From an uncultured virus (IMG/VR IMGVR_UViG_2711768134_000006) (taxonomy: Duplodnaviria > Heunggongvirae > Uroviricota > Caudoviricetes): a stretch of 20,000 nucleotides of DNA. The notes under the pieces were generated by a model. That model was not told the origin of the DNA. It saw only the letters and a list, made by a program, of their open reading frames with translations, and ran no database searches. Location: the IMG/VR virus record IMGVR_UViG_2711768134_000006; one strand, written 5' to 3'. This document shows, piece by piece, positions 8,054-19,000 of the stretch (positions are counted from its first letter, which is position 1; each line of letters starts with the position of its first letter). Both the position numbers and the translations under genes were made by a program.

Positions 8054-9214
8054 ATGTTAATAAGTGAATATATTAAAGATAATAGATGTGGGAAAAAAAG
8101 TAAATTATATTTCAAAAAGCTTGAAGAAATAAAACAAGAATTTATTAATAGAGATTTAGAATATTTGTTGTTAACAACTTGGGACGAAGAAATCTCATGT
8201 ATGATGAAAACTGGAAGAGATTTGGATAAGTTAAAATATAGGGATGGATTTAAGGAAATAAACAATTTATTTGATAGCATATCAGAAGAAATAAGAGATG
8301 AATATAAAGAAAAAGATACATATACAATGTTTTTTAGCAGTTGCTCTAAAGAAAAATATTATATAGCTTGTGAGTTAGCCAATAGTGCTTATAAACATAT
8401 AATACTTCCTAATATATTTGAAGATGACAAAAGTGTAAATCACAAAGTTGTGTTTAAAAAAGAACAAAAAAAAGAAATAGCATTAATGTTGAAACTTATT
8501 TCTAGCTATATGCAACATGGGTTTTCAGGTTATAAAATTTATGATACAGATATAAAATTTATAGAAAATCTATGTTTGTTTGAGGGTAAAAAGGTTTGTT
8601 ATCCAAAACCAAATAATTTAACACATTTTTTAGGAGATATTTCTAGGTCTGATAATGACCCAATAGAAATACTTCATGCTAGAAATGTAATAAACAAAAT
8701 AATGGAAAAAGGGTATTTTGATAATGAATTTGAACTAGTGTATTTTTTAAGAGGGAAAATAATGACTCCAATGCAAAATAAGTATGAGAAAATTGATACA
8801 TCATCATTAGAAAAAATAAATTATTTAGAAGAAAAAGCGCTTATCCAGAAAAAAATGATTTTAAATGATGAAATGGCTTATAAATGGAAAAGTGAGATTA
8901 ATATGTTTAAAGTAATTTGTAAAAAGTTTAAAGATGCAACACATCAATATAGACCTGAGTGGTTAAATGGTCAAACTTTAGATGTATTTGTTCCCTCTAT
9001 TAATTTGGCTTTTGAGTATCAAGGACAACAACATTTTAAGAGTGTAGATTTTTTTGGAGGGGAAGAAACTCTTGAAAAAAATAAATTAAGAGATAAAAAA
9101 AAGAAAAGGCTATGTGATGAAAATAATGTTAAATTAATTTATTGGAATTATGATGAACCAATAACTACTATAGTATTAAAGAAAAAATTAAAAGAAAATA
9201 ATGTCGAATTGTAA
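8054..9214 (+). CDS. hypothetical protein with a C-terminal DUF559/Vsr-like PD-(D/E)xK nuclease domain (about 386 aa)
   Basis: C-terminus SEINMF...QTLDVFVPSINLAFEYQGQQHF...RDKKKKRLCDENNVKLIYW. The AAAGGAG RBS and the upstream terminator favour ATG 8054 over 7958. Confidence 0.7.
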   Translation: MLISEYIKDNRCGKKSKLYFKKLEEIKQEFINRDLEYLLLTTWDEEISCMMKTGRDLDKLKYRDGFKEINNLFDSISEEIRDEYKEKDTYTMFFSSCSKEKYYIACELANSAYKHIILPNIFEDDKSVNHKVVFKKEQKKEIALMLKLISSYMQHGFSGYKIYDTDIKFIENLCLFEGKKVCYPKPNNLTHFLGDISRSDNDPIEILHARNVINKIMEKGYFDNEFELVYFLRGKIMTPMQNKYEKIDTSSLEKINYLEEKALIQKKMILNDEMAYKWKSEINMFKVICKKFKDATHQYRPEWLNGQTLDVFVPSINLAFEYQGQQHFKSVDFFGGEETLEKNKLRDKKKKRLCDENNVKLIYWNYDEPITTIVLKKKLKENNVEL

Positions 9215-9276
9215 TAATTTTCCTAATAGTATATTCTTGATATAATTGAAGTATCAGGATAGGGGGAGATGTTATG
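9190..9276 (+). repeat. cassette promoter/RBS module, copy A
   Basis: 9190-9247 matches 10129-10186 at 57 of 58 nt. It contains TGATATAAT and the end of the upstream gene (KENNVEL*). A more diverged copy lies at about 7990-8056. Confidence 0.9.
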
Positions 9277-9984
9277 GAAGAATATTTAGGTCATTTTATT
9301 TTAATAGGGCTAGGTGTAGGATATATTATTGTTTATTGCTTTATAAGAAACGTAATGGATAATGCTAAAGAAAAAGAAGCTAGATTAGAAAGAATAGCAG
9401 AAAGAAATAGAGAAAAAACAAAGGTGGAAAAGGCTATACAAAAAAATATTTCAATGGCTAAATGTCAAGCTTTTGGTAATTCAAACAGTGACAGTGTGAT
9501 ATTAAGCAATAATGGTAAAATATCTATCATTCATGCTGGATTTAAGACAGCAGTTAAAAAAAATATAGAAGATTTAGTAAGCATTAAGTTTAGCATGCAA
9601 GTTAGTGAAAAAAATCAGATGAGGATAATATCTATAGTTCCTACATATGATAAATATACTTTTGTAGAAAAAATATATTTAACTTTGATATTTGAACTTA
9701 ATACTTATGAAGTATTTTATATTCCAGAACATAAAAATATAAATAATGCAGATATTCAAGAAAAAATAAAAGAAATGGAAAGATTTAAATTAGTTGTAGA
9801 GAATGAAGCAGCTAAATTTAAAAATGCTAAAATAGAAAGCAATAATGATATAAAAAAAGATGATGATGATATATCAAAAATTTCAAATTCATTAAAAGAA
9901 TTACACAGTTTGAAAGACCAAGAGATATTAACAGAAGAAGAATTTAATGAAAAGAAAAAAGTATTATTAGAGAAAATTAAATAA
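9274..9984 (+). CDS. membrane-anchored SHOCT-domain protein
   Basis: N-terminal hydrophobic helix (FILIGLGVGYIIVYCFI) and a C-terminal SHOCT pattern (LKELHSLKDQEILTEEEFNEKKKVLL). RBS GGGGGAG. Confidence 0.85.
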   Translation: MEEYLGHFILIGLGVGYIIVYCFIRNVMDNAKEKEARLERIAERNREKTKVEKAIQKNISMAKCQAFGNSNSDSVILSNNGKISIIHAGFKTAVKKNIEDLVSIKFSMQVSEKNQMRIISIVPTYDKYTFVEKIYLTLIFELNTYEVFYIPEHKNINNADIQEKIKEMERFKLVVENEAAKFKNAKIESNNDIKKDDDDISKISNSLKELHSLKDQEILTEEEFNEKKKVLLEKIK

Positions 9985-9991
9985 AAATATT

Positions 9992-10018
9992 AAGACAGTA
10001 TACTAACTGTCTTTTTTT
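9992..10018 (+). terminator. rho-independent terminator
   Basis: AAGACAGT-ATACTA-ACTGTCTT followed by a T-run. Confidence 0.8.
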
Positions 10019-10042
10019 ATGCTTTAAAAAGGAGTTGGTTAA

Positions 10043-10153
10043 ATGGCAGAAGAATTTAAGATTAAGACCAGTATAGAACTTGATGATAAAAAAGCTAGAC
10101 AACAATTAGCATCATTACAAGCGTCAGCAAAAGAAAATAATGTCGAATTGTAA
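10043..10153 (+). pseudogene. 36-aa truncated duplicate of the tape measure 5' end
   Basis: AAGGAG RBS. Reads MAEEFKIKTSIELDDKKARQQLASLQASAKENNVEL*, versus the TMP start MVEEFKIKTSIELDDKEAREKL. The last 7 codons equal the end of the 8054-9214 gene. Confidence 0.85.
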
Positions 10154-10216
10154 TAATTTTCCTAATCGTATATTCTTGATATAATTAATGTATCAGAATA
10201 TAAGGGGGATGTTATG
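10129..10216 (+). repeat. cassette promoter/RBS module, copy B
   Basis: Near-identical to 9190-9276. Confidence 0.9.
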
Positions 10217-11197
10217 TTTAAGAAGATATTATTGATTGGGATTGTGAGTATATTAGGATTTGGAGTTGTAGGATGTAGTGATAGTAATAAAAATGAAGTA
10301 GTAAAAAAAGAAAAAAAAGAGGTATCATTAGAAGGGCTTACTCATATTATGAAAAACTATGATAAAATGACAGATTATTCTATAGATAAATTTTCTAATG
10401 AAGAGGAAAATGATTTTAATAAAGAGAATTGCATAATAGATGACAATGATGAAAAAACAAAAGAGGCATTAGAAATTACAGATAAAACATCTAAAGATAT
10501 GAATGAATTGATTGCTTTATCTAAAGAATACAAAAAGAATGATTTAAATGACACAAAAAAGAAATTTGAAGATAGAATGGATGAATTCAAATCAGATATT
10601 AATTCTTATATGGTAGATATAACTCCATTTGAAACACCTGAAAGTTTGTTAAAAGAACTTGAAGAAAAGGAAAATGAGAAGATTATTTGGAAGGAGAGAA
10701 AATTTTTTATCATTGATAAAAAATTAGATAGTAAATTTATGGACTCGGAAAACAGGCCAATAAATAGTTGGTTTAAAAGTAATTATGACTTAAGAAAATT
10801 TCAGATAGATTTTCAAAATACAGTATTAACAGGAAATGAACAGTTGAAAAAAAACTTTGATAACATAAAAATGAATATTGATGATAATAACTCTCATGAA
10901 TTATTAAAGAATCAGACTAAATTAAAAAAAATTATAAAATATTGGGGTTCAGAATTATATGCTATGAATTCATATATTAGAAGTAATGAAATTACTTTGA
11001 GTGGGAATATGAATATACTTCTTTCTAAATTTGAAGAAGAAATTAGGTGTTATAGGACTATAGAATCTTCATTCTCACATGATTTAAAATCGACAAAACA
11101 GAATTTAGATAATGATAGTACAATGATGCCTTCTTATATAGAAAGTGCAGAAAAATATTATAATGACATAAAAGAAATGGAAACTTATTGGAATTAA
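10214..11197 (+). CDS. phage lipoprotein of unknown function
   Basis: Signal peptide MFKKILLIGIVSILGFG with lipobox VVGC, followed by a highly charged body. It has its own promoter and terminator. Confidence 0.85.
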   Translation: MFKKILLIGIVSILGFGVVGCSDSNKNEVVKKEKKEVSLEGLTHIMKNYDKMTDYSIDKFSNEEENDFNKENCIIDDNDEKTKEALEITDKTSKDMNELIALSKEYKKNDLNDTKKKFEDRMDEFKSDINSYMVDITPFETPESLLKELEEKENEKIIWKERKFFIIDKKLDSKFMDSENRPINSWFKSNYDLRKFQIDFQNTVLTGNEQLKKNFDNIKMNIDDNNSHELLKNQTKLKKIIKYWGSELYAMNSYIRSNEITLSGNMNILLSKFEEEIRCYRTIESSFSHDLKSTKQNLDNDSTMMPSYIESAEKYYNDIKEMETYWN

Positions 11198-11208
11198 ATA
11201 AAAACATT

Positions 11209-11235
11209 AAGGCAGTCAATTGACTGTCTTTTTTT
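11209..11235 (+). terminator. rho-independent terminator immediately upstream of the TMP gene
   Basis: AAGGCAGTC-AATT-GACTGTCTT followed by a T-run. Confidence 0.8.
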
Positions 11236-11258
11236 ATACAAAAAAAGGAGTTGAGTAG

Positions 11259-12718
11259 ATGGTTGAAGAGTTTAAAATTAAAACCAGTATTGAACTTGAT
11301 GACAAAGAAGCTAGAGAAAAATTAGAAAAGTTAAAAAATAGTGGTCAAGATAAGCCTATTAAATTAAATTTGAAAATAGGTGAATTAGATAAGTTATCAC
11401 AGCAAGCAGAACAACTAAAAGGCATATTTAATAAAGCTTTCAAGATTGATAGTACTGCTTTAAGTAATTTAAAGCAAATTGAATCTACTATGAAAGAAAT
11501 AAATAAACTAAGTAGAAGAAGTCAAGATAGTTTACTTGGTGGTGGCTCTGGAAATACAGGAAATATAAATAATGAACAACAAGATTTAATAAGACAATAT
11601 AAAGAAATTTCAAATGTTGTGTCTAGGCTTCAAAATCAGATGAGGACAGGTTTAGGGGATAGTTCAATTGAAAGAACAACAGAGCAAATTGAAAGATTAA
11701 AAAGACAATTGGATTCAGTGTATGCACAAATGAATTCATCATCTCAAGCTAGAATGGATATGTTTGATGCTTCAAGAGCAACAAGAGATTTAGCTGATAT
11801 GAATAGAAGTCTTTCAAGAATAGAAGATATGGCAACACAAGCATCTGCTAGGCTTAATGGATTAGGCGATAATATAGATACAGATAAAGTAAATAGACTT
11901 AGGAATGAGTTACAAGAATTAAAACAGATAGCTAGTAGAAATATAGATTTAAATCTTGATGTAGGTAATATAGTTAATAGAATACAAGAGATAAATCAAG
12001 AAGTTAGAAATTTAGAAAGAGTTGATAGCTTAAGGTCTAATTTCAGCAGAATAGAAGATTCTATTAGACAGGCATTTGGGAATGAGAGAGTTGAAGCTTT
12101 TAGACGTTCTTTAGAGCAACTTCAAGGTTCGGCAGGAAATCTAAATGGTGATTTTAACAATATATTTGATAGACTAACAAGAGAAATGAGAGACGCGAGA
12201 CAAGAAGCTGAAAGATTAAATAATACAGTTTCAAAGGGTGGAGGATTTTTTAATGATTTTTATTCATCTATAGCATCATATTCGATTGGAGATATGTTAG
12301 GAGATGCTTTAACTGACGGAATTAGGTCTATGAAAGATGTTATATTAGAGCTTGATAGCTCTATGACTGACCTTAAAAAGGTTGCAGAACCAACAGATAT
12401 TGATAGCACATCTGAGTTAGATAAGATAAGGGAAAAAGCAATACAAACAGCTAAAGATGTAGGAATGAGTGCATCACAAGTTCAAGAATCAATAGCATCT
12501 TCTTTACAAGCAGGAATTGGAGGTATGCAAGAAAGTATTGCTGCTGCAAGACAATCAATGATACTTGCCAATGTAGGGGACATGGATGTTGAAGGTGCTT
12601 CTTCAGCAGTAAACACAATAATAAATGGATTTAGAATTGAACCTTTAAAAGAAATGCAAGTGCAGGTTGGAAATACTACAAAGAAAACAACAGAATTAAC
12701 TGCTGCAATGGATATGCT
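11259..12718 (+). CDS. phage tail tape measure protein, exon 1
   Basis: AAGGAG RBS, coiled-coil N-terminus and the start of a PhageMin_Tail/TP901-type core (LDSSMTDLKKV...LANVGDMDVEGASSAVNTII...AMDML). The unspliced frame stops at 12737, inside the intron. Confidence 0.88.
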
Positions 12719-13007
12719 AAATTGTTTGGCGTGTTAGATAGAAATATCTAATATTATGAGGGGGCAAAATCGGTGAAGACTGAGATGTTACCACCGAGGT
12801 AAATTAAAGAATTAAAAGACTTTAATCACCGTAACGCATAGGAAATGAACCTATGCTATTTTTATGTTTAAAATAGCATAGAATATAATTTTCCCACGAG
12901 TGTCCTCCATCTGAACAAGTAATCTTGAAGATGAAAATATATGCTGAACTTACATGAATAAGAAATGTAAGAACTACAAGATAAAAAGCTTGTAGGGTAA
13001 CAATTTG
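12719..13007 (+). ncRNA. group I self-splicing intron, 289 nt, no homing endonuclease ORF
   Basis: P1: exon AUAUGCU pairs with GGCGUGU, with U12718.G12728 at the 5' splice site. P10: GUUU/AAAC. P2 has a GAAA loop. P3 GGGGGCA/UGUCCUC; P4 UCGGUG/CACCGA; P7 GCAUA (12836)/UAUGC (12940) in an S-like GAAAAUAUAUGC; P8; two P9 hairpins; terminal G13007. Removal restores the frame (..MDML-NYAGNNYAIG..). Confidence 0.9.
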
Positions 13008-16000
13008 AAACTATGCAGGGAATAATTATGCAATTGGAACAGCAGGTGTTGCCGAAGCGATGAAACGTGGAGGTAGTGTACTTCATGAGTATGGCGTCAG
13101 TTTAGGTGACACAGTGGGTATGATAACAGCAACAAATGAAGCGATACAAAATCCAGAAAAAGTAGGTAATGGTTTAAAAAGTGTCGCAATAAATTTAGCA
13201 GGTATGAAAGTTTCAGCTGATGATGGTACACTTTCTTTAAATAAAACTGCAAAAGGCTTAAAGGAAATAGCTGGAATCACAATTTATAAAAATAAAGATA
13301 CTGGCGAATTGAAGAATATGGTTCAGCTCTTAGATGAGTTGAAAGGCAAATGGGGAGAACTCAGAGAGGATGAACAAAAAGGATTGGCTGAAGCAATAGC
13401 AGGTAAGCAACAAGCAGCTATATTCCAATCCTTAATGGGTAATTATGAGACTTTTAAAGAAATAAGGGAAGAATTCAGTCAGGGGCTTCAATTTGGTTCG
13501 GCTGAGGCTGAAAACAAACAATATTTAGATAGTCTTGCAGGGCGTTTAAATGAGTTGAAAACAATATGGGCAGATATATTCCAAAATGTATTTAATTCAA
13601 ATACAACATATGGATTTTTAGATGGTTTAATATCTGTATCTAATGGAATAAATAGTGTTATAAAAACATTAGAAAGATTAAAATTAACAACACCAGCATT
13701 AATAGGAAGTTTTATGACTTTAAAAACGTTATTCTCTGGTATGGGAATGACAAATGGTACTAGAAATGTGGCTAGACTTATAAATCCTTTAAATATGATA
13801 GGAACTCCTATTAAAGCTACAACTACAATACTACAATCATTTAGACATGCAGTAATGGCGGCAAATGTAGCTGGTGCTAATGGAGCAAATGTAATTACTA
13901 GAGCAGGAACAGGTTTGGGAGCATTAAGAAAAAGTTTATCTAGGACTTCTATTGGTATTGGAACATTAAATATAGCAACAAGTTTGTTGAACGGGGCTAT
14001 GATAGGTTTGGCTACTTTTGCTATATCTAAAGGAATACAATGGATAGATGATACTATTCACAAGTATGAAAAATTAGCAGAAAAACAAAAAGAAGTTATT
14101 GGAACTACTACAAGCGAGATAAGCTCCTTGCAACAAAAGAAAAAGAGTTTAGAAGGTATATCAGAAGAGTACAATAATTTAGCTAGTAAGACCGAAAAGA
14201 CTGCTGATGAAACTGAAAGATTTAGCGAACTTAAACAACAAATTGCAGATATAGCACCAGAATTAGTATTGGGTGTAGATGAGAATAATGACCCTATTCT
14301 AAATATGAGTGGTAACTTAGATGAGGTCATTAATAAATTAAGAAAGGCTATAGAAGAAAAAAATAAACTTTTAAAGTCTCAAGAAGATGAACTTGCAATA
14401 ACTACATCAAAGACTGCACCAGATACAAAAAAAGACCTTGATAAAGAAAAGAAAAAACTTGATAAAGTTCTTGAAGATGAGCATAATTTATTTAAAAATG
14501 CTTTAAGTAAATCTAATTTTAAAGAACAAACAGAAGCATTAAAAAAGGCTTACAATCAACAAGAAACAGATTTTGCAGAACATCATCAAAAACTTCTTAC
14601 TGAATATGAAAAATATAATGAAGAAGAAGAGGTAATGCAGAAAAGGGCGATTAATAGATTAACTAATTCTGATATATCTAAAACATATGCTAAACAATCT
14701 GAACAAAAGAAAAGTAAAATGAATGAGCTTGTAGCTAATATGAATTGGCATGACTATAGTGTAGGACAACAGAATAGCATTATAAGTGCTTTTGATAAAA
14801 TAAGTGAGTCAATTCCTGTTGAAAAATTAGACCAGTGGAATAAGAAGATAACTGATGCTAACATAAATTATCAAGCATCTGGCGATATGAACCAATATAC
14901 TAAGGAACTACAAGGTTTAGCAAATGAACTTCAAAAGCTAAGTGGTGGAAGTATAAGTGCTGATACTTGGCTTATTGGATTACAACAAGGTTTTTCTGGA
15001 TTAGACTTAGCCAGTATGAAATTACATACTTTCTTGAAAAGTTATGGTTCATCTTTAGCTGAACTTGAAAACAAAGACAGTCTTGCAATAAAGCTTAAAA
15101 ATCAATTTGATGCATTAAATGATTTTTCTCAAAATTTAGAAGTCAATGGTAAAATCAATGTAAAACTGCTTGAAGATATACAAAGTGGAGAAGCTGGTCA
15201 AGATTTACCACAACAACTAAAAGATATAATAAATGGATTCACATTTGGAGAAGATTCACAAATAGAAGCTCAGGCTCAATTAGCCCTACAAGTAACAACT
15301 ACGTTGCAAAACGAAGGTCAATTATCTGATGATGTTGTTAAACAATTAAATGACTTATTTAAGGGTAAATTACAATTAACAGATGACATTCTTAAAAATG
15401 GACTAAAAATCAGTGATAAGTTACCTGCATTGCCAGGAAATATGGTTCAAGCATTAAATGAGCAATTTGCAAATGCTTTTACAGGAGACAATGCTCCTGA
15501 AATCACACCTAGTGTAAATGGAGAAAAAGCTAAAAAGGAATTAAAAGAGTTAGAAAAATTCAAACAAGATACTTTTAAATCAGATAAAATTGTGACTGAA
15601 ATTAATAATAAAGGACTAGATTTCGCAAAAAAAGACTTGAGTGTATTAAAAGAACAGTTGGATAGATTTAAAAATGAAGATACAAAGTTGTCTTTTACTA
15701 CAGATTGTGCAGATGCTTTTAAAGATGTAAATTCTTTAGAGGAAGCTAGAAAAAAAATATCTGCTCCAATGAGTTTAAAATATGATATAGATGTAGATAA
15801 AAAAGGATTGACTGAAGCAAAAAAAGTCTATGATATTTTACCTGATAATCTCAAAAAAAAGATAGAAACAGAAGTAATAGGTATAGATAAATTAGACACA
15901 TTACAAAACTTAATAGATAAAGCTCCAAATAAAAAAGAAACTATATTTGAAATAATTAATAAAAATCCAGATAAGCTAAATGAGATAGATGAAATTCTTA

Positions 16001-19000
16001 ATAACGTTCCAAATGATAAAAAGGAAGCTGTTATTGATTTTATAGTAAATAATTTAGACCAACTTGAAAAAGCTAAAAATGTACAAGAATTTATAAACAA
16101 TTTACCTCCAGAAATAAAAAAACAACTTGGAATAGAAGTTGAAGGAGGAGAAAATGCAGAGAAAACTGTTAATACAGTTCAAAATGCAGATGGAACTAAG
16201 GCTGACCTTTTAGTAAATGCAGAAGTAAATGGAGAATCACAAGTAGTTGAATGCATAGAAACATTGGATAAGAATGGTAATAAAACATACACTCCTAATT
16301 TAAATCCTCAAGTTAATAATAGTGAAAAAGTTGTTCAGTGCATGAGAATATTAGATGAATATGGAAATGAATCTTATATTCCAATTGTAAGTCCTCAAGT
16401 TACTAATGAAGAAGGGCTTAACAGTACTAAACAAAAAATGGATGAGTTAGATAATAAAACAGTAACTTCAACTGTACAAATAAAGACAGAAGGAGAAACT
16501 GAAGTTGAACAAGCAACCAATTTTATAGAAAATACAAATCCAACTAAGGTTATTGAGTTATCCATAAACAACTCTGGTAAAGATGAAATTGACAATACAA
16601 AACAAAAGTTAGATGAACTTAATAATGAAAAAGCCACTCCTACTATTGAAGCTACAGGTGCAGAACAAGCATCCAAACAATTAAATCAATTATCACAAAA
16701 AGCACAAGAAATTGGGCAAGGTAATTATCATATAAATGTTAGTACTTCAACTGAACAAGGGGCTAAGAATATTTCAGGACTTATAGCTAGAGTAAAACAA
16801 TTCTTAGCTTTGAAAGTATCTACACTTGTATTTAGAACTGAAACTGCACAAGCAGCAAAAAATGTATCAGGTTTGTTAGCCAAAGTACAAAGTTATGTTA
16901 GCCGATATGGTGGAAAAACTATAAAGACTACATTTAGTGCATTAACTGCAACTGCTGCAAAGAACATATCAGGGCTTATTAGGAAAATAGAGTCATTTAA
17001 ATCAAATTATGCAGGAAAAACATTCACTACTACATTTGTAACTAATAAAGTGACTAATAGTTCTGGTGGTGGAGGAGGAGGAAATAGTTCAGATAAGACC
17101 AATAAAACTGAACGTACCTCTGTTACTAATGTAACTCCAATTCCAGCTAATCTATTAGCTCAACCTAGAACATCAGAACCAGCACCAATAAGTGACGAAA
17201 CTCCTGTAACACCAAAACCATCCTTATTCTCAAGAGCAGTATCAAGAGCCACATCCGCTTTCAAAGTAATCAAACCTAAAGTTACAATAAACAATGACAC
17301 AATAGACTCATCTGTAAAATATAGTATAGAATTATTTAAAGAGTTAGAAAATGCTATATCAGCAGTAACAAATGAAATAGCTCTATTAGACAAAAAAATG
17401 GAACATGCTACAGGTGATGAGAAGATTAAATACTTACAGGAGCAAAATAAATTATTTGCTCAACAAAAAGATTTAATAAAACAACAACAAGATGGATATA
17501 AAGCTGAAAGTAACAGACTTAAAAATAGATTAAAAGAAAAGAAAATGGGCTTTAAGTTTGATGATACTGGAAATCTAACTAACTATGAAGAAAAGTTAAT
17601 ATCAATAGAAAAAGAATTAGACAAATTAAATTCAAAGTCTGGTGACAAAGAAAATAAAAAAGATGAATCCAGAAAAAAAGAGTTGGAAGAAACTAAGAAA
17701 GTCCTTGAAGAATATATTAAAGTTACATTTACAGAACTGCCTAAATGTGAGCAAGAATGGGAAGAATACAATAATAAAATTAAAGAACACAATGAGGAGT
17801 TAAGGAAAGCACAAGAAGAAATGTGGAAACTTAATAAGAATTCCACATGGACTTCTATGTACAAAGATGTAGAGCAAGTAAATAATGAAATAGCAATGAT
17901 AGATGTATTACTTAAAAATGCTACAGGTGATGAGCAGATAGAGTTGTTAGAAAAGAAAAAAGAGTTAATGGCCAAGAAGGCTAAAGAACTATCTGAAACA
18001 ACAGCATATCTTCAAGAAACACAAAAAGAGCTACAACAAAAGCTACAAGGCTATGGATTTACATTTAGAGATAATGGCGATATAACTAACTTCATTCAAC
18101 ATAAAAATCAACTTAAAAAGAACATGACTGATGAAGAATTTAAGAGAATGGAAGAGGCAGCAGAGGGATATTTGGATTTATTGATAAATAAAATACCTGA
18201 TGCCAATAAGGAAATTGCTGAATCTAAGGAAGAAATTGAAGCATTAAATAAAGAAATTCAAGATGCTTATAAAGACCAGCTTAAAGAAGCTCAAAGCCTA
18301 CAAGAAAAAATTAGAGACATGTATAAAAAAGAGCTTGAAGAGAGACTTAAAGAAATAGATAAAGAAACTAAAGCTAAAATTGATTCTCTTAAAAAGCAAC
18401 AAGATGCTTACAATGATTCAAGAAAAGAAGCCAAATATAAAGATGATTATGAAGAACAACAAGATGTAATAAGTGATTTAGAAAAACAAATAGCAATAGC
18501 TGAAAGAGATAGTTCTTTAAGTGGTCAGAAGAAACTTAAAGATTTACAAAAACAATTAAAAGAAGAACAGAAGAAATTACAGGATTTAGTACAAGACCAT
18601 GTAGACGACCAAGTTAACGATATGTATGACAAGGAATCTGACAGACTACAAGAAGAAGCAGATAAGTTAAAAGAAGAGTTAGAGAAAAAATACTCAGATG
18701 AAAATTTAGTTGATTTAATTAATGAAGCAATTTCAAGCGGTAAATTTGTAGGTCTTGATGGAGAGGTTAAGAAACTTCAAGATGCTATTATTGAATACAT
18801 AAATAAATATGAAGATGGTATGTTGGCAATGGGTTCTGTCACTAAGCAGGAATGGCTCGATAGATTAAAAGAAGGTAAAGAGACATTAGAAGATATTAAT
18901 GACATATTGGATGAATTAGATTTAAGTAAATTTGCTATGCCTAATTATAATCCTCCTTCAAATTCTCGTTCAAGAAGTACATCTCCAATATCAGCAGTTA

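Noticed and set aside
1295..11235. CRISPR array or integron attC array
   Set aside because: The repeats are kilobases apart, read as terminators and promoters, and no cas or integrase gene is in the window.
12719..13007. IStron (CdISt1-like) element
   Set aside because: No tnpA/tnpB sequence is present and the 5' exon ends in ATGCT rather than TTGAT. A remote relationship was not tested.
12719..13059. TMP as a pseudogene, programmed frameshift or two separate genes
   Set aside because: The gap folds as a group I intron, its exact removal restores the frame, and ATG 13060 has no convincing RBS.
12868..13086. 72-aa minus-strand ORF as an intron-encoded endonuclease
   Set aside because: It is on the wrong strand, crosses the splice site, and has no HNH, GIY-YIG or LAGLIDADG motif.
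13083..17975. Minus-strand ORFs inside the TMP gene (also 6483..6713, 7585..7791, 8032..8280, 10375..10590)
   Set aside because: They overlap well-supported genes on the opposite strand and have the composition expected of shadow ORFs.
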